From Phoronis australis (taxonomy: Eukaryota > Animalia > Phoronida), in assembly GCA_002633005.1 (NCBI GenBank), contig NMRA01000566.1, forward strand, positions 62,001 through 126,000: 64,000 bases of DNA, in the 5' to 3' direction. Under the pieces are notes generated by a model. The model did not search any database. It worked only from the letters and a program-made list of their open reading frames with translations, and was not told the origin of the DNA. This document shows positions 52,453 to 64,000 of the stretch, one piece after another. The position numbers were made by a program, and so were the translations under genes. Each line of letters opens with the position of its first letter. Within the stretch, counting starts at the first letter, position 1.

Positions 52453-55400
52453 GGTCAGAAGCTGAGGAATGGAACGACAACAACTGAAATAAAATTTACA
52501 CTGAAACAAAAACACGAAAAGCAACATCCCTATGAAAACAAAATGACCAATTCCAGTTAAGTTCCCTCAACCTTTTATCTTAACGATGCTAAGAACTATA
52601 ACAACACAGAACAACTGGTAATGAAACAACCAATTCTGTGACCCTTGATTGTCACATTCATCTATTGTTTACCCACACATATTAAAACAACACTGGCTTC
52701 CAATGGGTGAGGATGAAGTGAGATTGGCTGTTTTCTTGTGGTTTCAATTGAGCCAGAAAAGGTGTAAGAAAACAGTCCAGACTTGAACTACATTCCATGA
52801 AGATCAGCAGTACCTGGCACAACATTTAGACCTTAGATATAAATATATGGCGGTAAAATGTTCCTTCACAGAGAGAATGGTAAGCTCTTAAAGCAACACT
52901 TCATTCCTGCCTAAGAAGACTGTCAAACAAGATATTTTCTTTTTTATGACGTCATCGGTTATAGCATTCAGTTGGAAAGGACAGACATCGTGGGACAGAA
53001 TAGCAGAGTGGTAAAAATTTGGAAGTGATAGTCGAACCTTTGATACGTTGAAGCACTTTTTGACTCGTACACACATTGAATGTTACGGTAAGTAGCTATG
53101 GAAATAAACCCCTTTAATGGTAAGACGTTTTGAAGACCATTTCTGTACATCTTTGATTTCAGAAAGAGCAGTACTTTTAAGAAAAAGTCAACATTTTTTC
53201 AGCGACTGCAAATTAAAGCAAACCCCTGACTGTACCAAACCGTTTTGAATTCATACCGTGAATAATACGCTTACAAGGAAGGCACGCACTTCTAAAGATA
53301 TGGGGGAATTTTCAATGCTCGTCCTTCTGAGCAGCTTTTAGCAGGATAAAAGAGAGCGTGGTGCAGAGCAAGACACAGTTAAGAGTAATTACCCGACCAT
53401 AAACTGTAGTAACCACCTCTGCTTGTACATACTGGCGAATTTCAAAAACACATTAACCAATAATTTTCATTAAAAAGGACAGCACGGCGGTATTCATCTG
53501 GAAAAAACAACCAAGTACAGTTTTCGATTTTTAAAAATCGATGCCCTAAAAAGCCAAAAACTACAAACATTGGGTAGGATTGAAGATAAACAACCATGCG
53601 TATTGATATACTCTTTGGATTTACAAACAGTGATCAGAGTTAACAATATCACATGGATTATTCTTTTAATATCCTTCCAATCTCGTGTAACCAGATTTTT
53701 TACTAGGAGACAGTTGTACTTAACTGGTGTCCACACTTCATTTCTATGACTGACAATGAAAAATCTAGAATAGTTATGTAGTCTGTACAACTGAAATTGT
53801 CCACAGTTTCAAAATCTCCAGTTTGGCTGTCAATTTTGCACTTTTGTATATATTTTTCATTTGAGTTGAGTTCTAATAATGAAGGTTAAACTTGGAACTA
53901 ATGATAGATATAGTTTTGTTTGCCATGAAATATTTAGTATAGCTGTAATCTGGAAAGCTCAGGGATGGGTGCACAATTAACTAACTTTTTTGTCATTTTG
54001 TTATATTTGAAATGTACCAACTAGGCAGTTAAAACTACTCTTAACAGTTGCAGGCTATAACTGACTGTGCAAATGCCAGAGAAAACCAATTTGGGTGTAA
54101 GAACAACCACCATTGTCCAGACAGTAATGCTAGCTACTACCTTCCACTTCATTAGCTCAGATCTACATCAATAGAAAGGGTGAGATGAATAGGCATAATA
54201 GAAGTTGTCTGGGGCTAAGGGAATCTGAGCTGTGACCAGTGTGAGGGAAAAATTCTCCACAGGAGTTGAACAGTATTTTGGACAAAAAAGAGTCTCACCT
54301 GACTTTATTTTCAACCCGTTTTCAGCAACTGAATATGCAAAATCATTGATTTTGCAACCAACTGAGAAATCTTAGATTGTCAAAAGAATGCAATGGGCAT
54401 TACACATTCCTTATCACGTATGGCCATGAACGACTTTCCTGAAGTAATATTCTAAGAGCACATTTGACAAGACGTAATCATTAATGTTTCCGAGAATGGC
54501 CGTAATTTGATGGACTCCATTGACATGATGAAATAGACCAATTATAGTAGATAGTTGATACCTTGTTACTAATTAGACTCAACTAACTGTGACGCAAATT
54601 ACAACTACAGGTATATTCTTGCAAAGGTGAACATTTCATACATGCATCAAGCTAAGCGGAAAGGGTAGAATTAAAGGCATTCACATCGCAAAGAAAATGT
54701 TTTTTCAAAAAATGAGGCGAAATGCCAATTAGAATGGAAAATCGATGCCTCACTGCCAATTAGTCGATGATGGCACACTGATGTTACACACAAATTAGTG
54801 CTAAACAGTATAATTTGTTCGCATTAGAACCCTACGTTTACCAGAGACAACTGAGCCATTAAAGAAATAGGCATTGACAAGGCTGTTTGCTTCACTCGTA
54901 TTACATCGACGGAAGGTACTGAGGCACCAAAAAACTTCCCATATAGAGCAACATAGTCGGAACAGCATAAAATAAACCGAAGCCATACTCTACAGAATAG
55001 ATCACACGTACCACTGTTAATTAAGAGCCATTACAGAACTTGGCAGACATAACTGAGGCAAACAAAGACGGAATTAAAATTGCCAGAAGGGTACGCAACA
55101 CTAGATCTGTCAGAAAATTAATTTCGATAACAATACTCTTCTCAAAATGAAAAAGTCTACCATGATGATTCTTTAGGCAGATTGGTGAAAAGGGAAGTGG
55201 ACACCAAAGGCATAGAAAAATAAGAAATGACAACTAGGGCACGCACAATTTGTCAAATCCATCTGGGCAGGTGCCAGAATATCTAAATTGCCAGTAGAGG
55301 ACGACACGGTAGTCAAACACATTATGACAGAGGCATTCAAGTACCTTACCAAATCTCGGGCAAAACAAGATTTGTGAGTGAACTGTAAAATATACAGGCT

Positions 55401-56355
55401 GGTCTTCATATCACATGAAATTAAAATCTAATTTCTTTGTCTAATTTCGCATCAAGGACTGAGCAAAATAATGAATGGGTGGAACTGACTTGTACGAAAA
55501 ATTGAAGTCAGGAAATGAAAGGGATAGACAGCCTTTAGTTAGAAAGTTAGAAGACTGCCTTTCATAGAGTTTTTTGCTCAGTCCAGGTAATTAGTAATTC
55601 TTTAGAAACACAATTTAATTATTCAAATGTAGGGGCTGTGATTGAAGATGCAGAATTATATTCACAGTTGTTATAAACGTTTTGCATCCGTTTCTGTAAA
55701 TTCCCATTTGGCATTTGATTAACAATGAGTTCTGGAGGCAGGTATTTGCAAATGAATAGATGTGGGGTATGTCAGAGTGAGGTGATAGCAGGCTAATTAG
55801 ACAAAACAAGCTGTTGTACATTTCCATACACACAAAGTTCCGTTTGGGAGTAGTAAACAAGTTTAAACAACTAGACACAGTTCCACCTACTCGGGCAACA
55901 AACTGAGTCATCGACTTAAATTTAAAAGTGCATTATTTGTGGCATGGAGCGTGAAACGAAATTGCGAAGCCTGGATACCACCCAGAAGCGTCTTTTTCAA
56001 CATCATTTGCCACAAGGATGCACTATCTCAGTATCCCACACAAAGAAGCGTCAAATGATAAATGCAGAACATAGATCAAACAGTAAACAGAAAACCACTG
56101 CGAACATGAGTTAGCAATTAGCCATATCGTTCAATACATTTGGCCACTTATGGCATACATGTGGTCACAGAAGTCATATAAAAGTATTGTAGGAACCAAT
56201 TTTACATGATTGTGTTGCCGTTCAAGTTAAGCTTTAAACTTGGCTAAATAGGACAACTATCAGGAAAGCAAAAAAATTGACGTGATTAGATTAAAAACTT
56301 CGGTTTGCTCTTGAAGGACAAAAAATATGGGCGAGAAGTTTGTTGCGGTACTTAC

Positions 56356-56461
56356 GTGAGTTGGAGCTTGGATGCAAAGCGTGCTATAGTGGTTTCTAAT
56401 ACTGACAACAGGGTGACCACTCCACCACTCAACAAGCTGAGGGTATAACACCTTGCACCAA
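56356..56461 (-). CDS. sno: Strawberry-notch family protein, exon
   Basis: ttgtAG|TT ... AC|GTAAGT, phases 1/2. Peptide VGARCYTLSLLSGGVVTLLSVLETTI resembles the SBNO 'GxRxxxxxVLxGxV' region. Confidence 0.85.
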
Positions 56462-56904
56462 CTACAACAAATGACATACATTGCAACAGAATATGTCAAA
56501 ACCAAATGGAGAATGTGACTTAGAAATTCTCCGTCATGTCTAAGTGGAAGACAAATTTACCACTGTTATGGCTGGAAATAAATGCTATTGAGCAGGACCT
56601 AATTTAGAGAAGGGGTTACAGCTATAACGTTAAGTTACAATAGACCATCACAAGTCACTTTCGTTGAGGGAGCAATCAGTAGTCATTACGACAAAAGACA
56701 TTTCATCAATTCACTTCAACCGTACACTGTACATTTTCTAAAATCTAATTACTCTTTTTATTTATTGTCAGTTTTCAGAGTAAACACAGAACATTAGCCC
56801 TTGGCTATTATAACTCACCTGACAAATTAATGATTGGCAAATTCATTCCCTTTCAAACATTCATTAACTCACAAGTAAGACCAAGCTCAGAGGAGTAGGA
56901 GACA

Positions 56905-57008
56905 TTTTTGTGCAAATGCTCGACTGTCAGCCAGTGAAGCCAGGATTTGAACCCAGGTCTCAAAAAAATGAGAGGCCGGAGCTCAAGCCGCCGGGCCAAA
57001 CTGCCTCT
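56905..57008 (-). mobile_element. tRNA-derived SINE head
   Basis: Minus strand has TGGCCCGGCGG (A-box-like) followed by GGTTCAAATCC (B box). Confidence 0.45.
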
Positions 57009-57494
57009 CATTACTAGACTTACATAGCTACAGGCACTTTTGAACGAGGCCAACTTTTGTTGGAGGAACAAGAGTTCAAGTGTTTGAAAGACGCGGAAAA
57101 CCAAGACTACACAAACAGCTGTTCACTTTGCCAAGATTTGCAATTTTAGTTAACTCACTAATTAATATGAAAAATCAAGTGTTTCTGGCCATCAGATTGA
57201 CTGGCTTCATTAAACCAGGGTAAAATTTGTTAACTCCAATCATATTTGCACATCTAAGTTGAAGTACTTAGCGTTTACTTCGTAAGCCAATACAAGATCT
57301 GGTCAGGGGTTATCTCAACGTGAAACCAGAATGTCCTTTCATATCAGACAAAAAACATGGTCTCAATTATCTCGGGCATCAAAAGTGAGTACGCCTAATT
57401 TTGATAACCTTTTCTGCTTCGCCTTGTCTCATAAATTGTCCCGCTGCTGAACTATTACTGAGTGCAAATGTTGCAGAGATGGTCCGGACACCAG

Positions 57495-57895
57495 GGCCCG
57501 GTACCTAATCTTTGTACTCGAAACGAACTCGAAACTATTTTTGGCAATCTCTCTGCTCCTTTTGTGCGAACTTAAGATGATTGGTTATCAGACTGTGCTT
57601 AAATACATTATAGTTTATGCATAGGAGTTTCAAGTTCAAGTTTGCCCTTGAAGACCCTTATATTCGTGCTACAAACTCGAGTAAAACCTCGAAATTTCAA
57701 GTTCAAACTCGAACTTATTGCTTTAATATTAGGTTTACAAACTGTGAACTAAGGGCAATAAATTATCTACGTAAGTTATTGTGTACTCGAGCATAGAATA
57801 ATAGACATTTATCTTGAGTTCGCCCAAACATAGAGTAGAAAATGCCAAACCTAATTTTGAGTTCCATTTCGAGTAAAAAGATTGGAGACCGGGCC
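57495..57895. mobile_element. Harbinger-like MITE with CWG target
   Basis: CAG|GGCCCGGTACCTAATCTTTGTACTCGAAA ... TTTCGAGTAAAAAGATTGGAGACCGGGCC|CTG; the duplicated copy near 58580 has CAG at this position. Confidence 0.7.
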
Positions 57896-59212
57896 CTGGT
57901 GACCGTATAGATCAGGGTCAAGAAAGTGGAACTAAGTAGCATCTTGACACCAACTATAAATAGGTCTAAGTTACTGTAATATAATATTTATTTTAGGGAA
58001 TTTTGCTGAGGTGTTGCATCAAATTTGAACTAAAATGTCAGCAGCGAATTGTTAAATACTGCATTTTCAATGAAAAAAGTCGAGTTGTCCGTCAGAAAGT
58101 TTTAAAGCGCCTAGAAAAATTGTGATTCCAGACAGCAGCAAGAAATGAGGATGTGAAAACTGATCACATTATCATGTCTGATGTAACAGCAGACCATCCC
58201 ATTTTAAGATAGTAAATAAAGTCTTGCAACTCTACTGAGTCAGTCTGAACATAACAAATTGTTTCAATTGGTGGAAAAATAGCAATATTCCATGTGTTTA
58301 ATATACACATTCTGGAAAAGTGGCTCAAAGTTAAGAAGAACAGCCCTGCCTGGTATGACCTGTTACTTAGCATACAATTAGGCTAAGTTCACAGTGCTGC
58401 ACATTGTGGCTTTCAAGTAGCCTGCACAATATGCCTTTCAAAATCCTTGTTCTTAAGTCACCAACTGTACCAGAATAGCATTAAAGGATGGTTACTTCAT
58501 TGTAGCATTGAGCTAAGATTGCATGGGCAAGATTGTAGAAGGNGAGTTCCATTTCGAGTAAAAAGATTGGAGACCAGGCCCAGGTGACCGTATAGACCAG
58601 GGTCAAGAAAGTGGAACTAAGTAGCATCTTGACACCAACTATAAATAGGTCTAATACTTATTTTAGGGAATTTTGCTGGGGTGTTGCATCAAATTTGAAC
58701 TAAAATGTCAGCAGCGAATTGTTAAATACTGCATTTTCAATGAAAAAAGTCGAGTTGTCCATCAGAAAGTTTTAAAGCGCCTAGAAAAATTGTGATTCCA
58801 GACAGCAGCAAGATATGAGGATGTGAAAACTGATCACATTATCATGTCTGATGGAACAGCAGACCATCCCATTTTAAGACAGTAAATAAAGTCTTGCAAC
58901 TCTACTGAGTCAGTCTGAACATAACAAATTGTTTCAATTGGTGGAAAAATAGCAATATTCCATGTGTTTAATATACACATTCTGGAAAAGTGGCTCAAAG
59001 TTAAGAAGAACAGCCCTGCCTGGTATGACCTGTTACTTAGCATACAATTAGGCTAAGTTCACAGTGCTGCACATTGTGCCTTTCAAGTAGCCTGCACAAT
59101 ATGCCTTTCAAAATCCTTGTTCTTAAGTCACCAACTGTACCAGAATAGCATTAAAGGATGGTTACTTCATTGTAGCATTGAGCTAAGATTGCATGGGCAA
59201 GATTGTAGAAGG
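57860..59212. repeat. Near-identical ~680-bp tandem duplication across a single N (probable haplotype or assembly overlap)
   Basis: 57860-58542 and 58544-59212 differ only by scattered SNPs and one small indel; the junction base 58543 is n. Confidence 0.85.
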
Positions 59213-59254
59213 GCAATGCATTATTGGATGTTGAAACAGGAATGGATGCCATAC

Positions 59255-59338
59255 CTGAGCAGTCCCGTCCAAGTTTGCATTTTGGTCCATGAATGCAATG
59301 GTCTTTGGCCAACTCGTATTGTTGATTCCAGCCTTGAC
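59255..59338 (-). CDS. sno: Strawberry-notch family protein, exon
   Basis: ctgtAG|GT ... G|GTATGG, phases 1/1. Peptide QGWNQQYELAKDHCIHGPKCKLGRDCS (WxxQY..CxH..C..C motif). Confidence 0.88.
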
Positions 59339-59548
59339 CTACAGAGAAGTTTTCAATGGAGGAGGTTAAAAAATATAACATTGCAACCATCTCCAAACAG
59401 AGATTAGAAACAACTTTTTTCTAACAAAATTCAATACATTTTTAAAAGCTGACTTTAAGAGGAACATAATTCACAAACTCGCAGATTATGTTTTCAATTG
59501 GGTAGCAAGAAGTGTCAGTAAAATCGATTTAGAATTCAAACTACTTAC

Positions 59549-59808
59549 AGGCTTTCTCAGGAGACACGTGAATGTATTTGGACATTAGGTCCCCCTCTTC
59601 TTCATCAAATAAAGAGAGTCCAGTATTTGGTCGTGCAACAGTAAACATGTGACTAGAGTTCTCCTTCTTTGTGGCAAGAAGGTACAAATGTTTGCCCCGT
59701 ATTTCTCGTCGGGACTTGTAGAAGCCATCTTTGGGATTGTTGTGTTGGCTTTTCCGCGCTACAGCCGTTTCCCAGCTCATACCTCGGTCTACCGTCAAAG
59801 TAATAAGC
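59549..59808 (-). CDS. sno: Strawberry-notch family protein, exon
   Basis: atgcAG|G ... T|GTAAGT, phases 2/1. Peptide LTVDRGMSWETA...DGFYKS...VARPNTG matches the SBNO 'VERGMSW', 'GFY' and 'RPNTG' motifs. Confidence 0.92.
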
Positions 59809-61072
59809 CTGCATGTGGTTGACGATAATGGTGAATGTAAGCCTTCTGATTAATGACAACCATCCATCAGCAGCCATTGACATGGAGGATTACAAGATAA
59901 TTCCAGGACTAAGTTACTAAGATTAATTGACGTAAATGAATTTAGAATAATTATTCATGCTTGGCCAATATTATCCAAGCTAGAATATAGGATTCAAAGC
60001 TTTTTGTATCTCCTATAGCTTGCTAGTATCCTTAGCTGGTATTTAGAGCAGTTCATTAAGTAACACAAGGTATGTTACCATGTGCCAACAGGTCATGGAA
60101 CATGTTCATTTTGATCACCAGTTAACAACAGAATGACTGTGTTCTGCTTAATGATGGAAATTGATAATTAAAGTAAAATTTATAGCTTTAATAATGTTCA
60201 GATCAGCAGTTTTTCATAGAAGTATGCACAGCTGTAGTTACCAAGAAGCAATGTATTCCACCCTTGGAACTATTCTAGGACAAAAAAGATGACATAAGCA
60301 ACATGATTATTCAACATTTTTAAGTGGCAAACTTTACATCTGTCATATCAGAAGTCATTTTAAAGCTAATTCACTAAAAATGGTAAGAAGATTAAGCTTG
60401 AAATCATTAATCAGTTGAACTGGTGCACTGCTTAACTTGACCAAACTTGCTTAAAACCACACTGGCCCCATGCTTTCTATAAAAACAAATTTTGATTAAG
60501 GCCACTAACTGTTACAAAGTTCGTCTCAAATTTCGCCCAAGTCAAAATAGGTGATTCTTGGGCTTGGAATAAACAGTTGATTATTTTTTCAGGCCAAGCT
60601 CTGGTGAAATAACAAACCGTTAACTTCGCTTTTCCCCAAGCTCAAAAATAACTTCTAAGACGAGAAAGAATATCAAGTGGCCAAAATAAAATCTAGTTTT
60701 GACAGAAAGCAAATTATAGGTTTAATGCTGCTTGAATGTTAACAAATCAGTACATATGATGCATCATAGACATGGTTAAACAAAATAATCTATTGAACCA
60801 CACTGAATGGACAAGTTCACAAAATACATGTAGAGACATTATGTGTTTGGCCATCTTGAGTGGTGATATTGCACGACGGAGGGTGGGTTGAGAAGGAGGG
60901 TGACAGGTAGCGAGGGAAGGTGGCTTGAGAAACAAGGTGCCAAGAGTGAGGGAGGGTGGATTGATTAGGACGAAGACAGGGTCAAGGGAGCGGGCTTTGA
61001 GCAAGAGGGTGACAAGGAGCAAGGGAAGAATGGAGCGAACGAAACAAAGGAGGCATAACTTTTGAAACATAC

Positions 61073-61239
61073 TTTGTGGCTGACGTGGCCTTCTTATTAG
61101 CTTCTGTAAGGATGATACGTGGCTCCCTCTTCAGTGTTATTGAGGAACCCATGATGTCCACTAGTCCTTCATTGTACCGACCATCTCTCTTGGCAGTTTC
61201 AATGGCTGCTTCCATGCTTTGACAGAAGTAATTGAAGAG
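61073..61239 (-). CDS. sno: Strawberry-notch family protein, exon
   Basis: catccAG|CTC ... AA|GTATG, phases 0/2. Peptide LFNYFCQSMEAAIETAKRDGRYNEGLVDI matches SBNO 'LFxYF...AKxxGRYDxGIxD'. Confidence 0.92.
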
Positions 61240-63135
61240 CTGGATGGAAATGGGGAAACATAAACTGATACAGTAACATCTATAACAAGCAATATTAAGT
61301 TACATGTAAGTGTATGGCTTCAGTGACATTCAATATTGATATTTTTGGTGCGATAGTTAAAAGGAGAGTAATCATTTAAGTGTAAGACCATGCTGTCCAT
61401 AAGACATCATAAACATAATACTTAAAACAGATACATACAGAGTGAAATTTTGCTTTTAAATAAAACATACTGTTACACAGATTTTGCCCAGACTCCTTTA
61501 TCTAGACATAACAGCGAACTCGGATGGTAACGCATACAAATTTTTTACTTCTTACAATATCTTAAAAGGACCTTTCTGAAGTGAAAGTAATGAACGGTAA
61601 GGCTTATTGCCTGAATTACTCCTCACTGCGAGAACCATCTCACAGTTAATTCCAACACACATATGGCGTTTTATTCAATATACTCTGGTACCTGAGGCAG
61701 ATGGATACTGGTACCACGGATACTGGCAAATGTTCAAAACTAAATGTTAAAAGTCATTTCTTAGATTGCTGTTTACTTGCAGAAACGCAATGTGGCACAA
61801 CAGGCTACTTCATGAATTATTTGAGGATCCAGCATTTGAGTTTTCAAATCATTTTTTATTTTGTACGCTATTGCCACCTGGACAGTTGAATACACACAAT
61901 AGGAAGGGGTTTACATCCACATCAACCTCATACAATGGACATAAAATTAAGCAAACAGTCCCAAATCTATAATCAATGTAGCACCAACAAAAAAATTGCT
62001 ATCCGTTAGACAGATTTTTGTAACAAATGAAGAAATTTTCAAAGATCTACTGACATCAGATAATGCACCGTGGTTGTTAAAAGATTTTAATGCCATTCAA
62101 GTTCCTTTTCGTGGCTTTAAATTTCATAAAACACACCCAGGCTACGATGCTGTTCAATTCCATGGCTGTGTTCCATGTCATTTTAGGCTCGCACTAGACT
62201 TTTAAAGGTATAAGCCAAACTCGCTAAAGCGTCTGAAAACTTTTAGCCATCTTCAAAAATTATCAGCCAAACACTCACAATCCCCAGGTTACAGCAGGGG
62301 GTACGCCCACCACATGAGTATGATGTTGACCAAAAAATGAGTAGGGTTCCCCCCTATCCCCAGGTTACGGCGGGGCTAAGCCGGCCACGTGGGCACTTCA
62401 TTGATGTTCACCCAACAAAAAACAGTGGTTGAACCTGTCCCAGGGGTTATGCATTTTATTGATTTTGACCTAAAAAATTGGGTAGGGATTCCTCCTATCG
62501 CCACATCACAGCAGGAATACATCACCTTCGTGGGCATTTTGATGAGAAAGACATTTAGGCTCAAAAACATTGACATAACTTGTGGCTTGCAATATAAAGC
62601 TAAATCGTGCAGAGTAGCGAGCAGTATAAAATTCATAAGTAACAAACTGACACTTGCTTTTACGTTGAGGCCGACATAGACCAATGAGATATATGAGATC
62701 TCGCTATGAAGCGGGAAATCGCCATTAGCACAACTGAATATTTCGCTGTGGTAAAAGAGTGATTTCAGGGGGAGTGATGGACATGAAATAGAACGTTCAC
62801 TTGCTATTTTAGGACTCAGAATCAGTTTGCGGCGTGACTAGATTCGAGCTGACTCTAAGGCGACACGCAAGTAGGTTTCCCCGAAATTAAGTTTTTTATT
62901 TTCAAGCTGCAAAAGCATTGGCCAAGTTGGCAAATGGACTTAGCTCTACCATCACCAGTGCTGCTCAGAATTCGGCAATGGCAAGCTGGCGAGTGGCTAG
63001 CGCGAGCCTAGCATTAACAGAATGTCTCATTTAAAGACAAGGTACTTATTAGCAGCTTGTGCCTTGGCTGGGCACGCAATCACATAATTCTGCCACTTTG
63101 CATGCTTTTTTTCTTCTACTGTTGTCAGCACTTAC

Positions 63136-63273
63136 GATGTTCTGTTTGCCTACGCTCAGTCCCAGGATCCTGTTGAGGAACTTGCCCACGTCCCCAGCAT
63201 CCTTCTCTTGTATAGTGGCGCCAGACACGTACGAGTCTCCATGAGACAGAAGACCCATTAGAACTAAGCAGTC
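63136..63273 (-). CDS. sno: Strawberry-notch family protein, most 5' exon visible (gene continues beyond the window)
   Basis: gtgcAG|GAC ... ATC|GTAAGT. Peptide DVGKFLNRILGLSVGKQNI matches the SBNO C-terminal helicase-like motif 'KFLNRILG..QN'. Confidence 0.92.
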
Positions 63274-63459
63274 CTGCACAAACAAACAAGTGTCTGTTTC
63301 ATAATTAAAGTGACTTAAGACAGAAATTTTCAGCTCCCACTTCAGAAATGGTGAATGAAGTTTTAGCCAAGTAATGATTACAGTCCAATACTAATTTATA
63401 GAAATTATGTTCAGTAACTAGCACTTATCGGTAAATTCTATGACACTTTGAAAACATAT

Positions 63460-63870
63460 ATCCCAATTTTTATAATCATCCTGTGCGGTTTGGTTGATAT
63501 AGGGGAGGAAAACAGTAAAAATAGCCAGTACGTGGTGGCGCAAAGTACCTCAAATCCATCCAAAAACATGAGGACAGCGTCCACTCACTACTAGATACCT
63601 AACTGCCAAATTTCATGAAAATCTGTGGAGGACTTTTGAAGATACAGAGGTATATGTAAAAAATTATAATTGCCACTAGGGGACACACCAATAGTCGGAT
63701 CTGTCCAAATTTCATAGTCATCCGCCGGTACTTTCACAGGGACACATCTGCCAAATTTCATCAATACCCTCTAAGTGGCTTAGGAAATACAGCTGCAGAT
63801 GTCGGATGCTGGATGCCCAAACAGAGATGACAACAATATGCATTACATACAAATAGGAGGGCGCATAACA
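63460..63870 (+). mobile_element. 3' part of a HINE-like copy
   Basis: Contains ggtttggttgat..., ttgccactaggggacac and gtcggatctgtcc, and ends GGGCGCATAA, as in the 49414 copy. Confidence 0.7.
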
Positions 63871-64000
63871 AAATCATCCTCTGTTTTGTTCACATTTCTT
63901 TCAAAAGAATTCCTAATCCCAAATTAAAGAGATCTGTAGTTAAAAATTACACCCTCCAAAATCAACCCCTTCATCTAGTTTCCACTTCTGCCAAAAGAAA

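Noticed and set aside
58164-59043. Two near-identical 69-aa ORFs as a duplicated small gene
   Set aside because: They lie within the intronic block duplicated across an N and show no coding features.

Overview
This is eukaryotic, intron-rich and repeat-rich DNA, probably from an invertebrate animal (a lophotrochozoan such as a mollusc is my guess from the repeat types). It contains one 759-N gap. Two minus-strand genes can be spliced by hand with consistent GT-AG phases. The first is a complete 3-exon, 395-aa rhodopsin-class GPCR (35939->11367) with almost no N-terminus and altered DRY/NPxxY motifs. The second is the last 7 coding exons of a Strawberry-notch (SBNO/Sno) family gene (63273->43359), whose last exon adds PIP-box-like motifs and a C-terminal UBZ4-type zinc finger. 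Retroelements include a full-length decayed Gmr1-type Ty3/gypsy element (integrase before RT, SCAN-like gag, tRNA-Pro PBS, TSD), an L1/Tx1 relic, a DIRS-type tyrosine recombinase fragment, an inverted Penelope pair with a TSD, and tRNA-SINE heads. DNA elements include Kolobok-, Harbinger- and IS3EU-like MITEs and Helentron-derived elements carrying regularly spaced CTCF-like motifs. The most striking signals are (1) pervasive 6-bp TA->TACATGTA insertions, shown by LTR comparison and present in coding sequence, (2) the Sno-PIP-UBZ architecture and (3) the mobile CTCF-motif arrays. All calls come from reading the sequence; no database searches were run.
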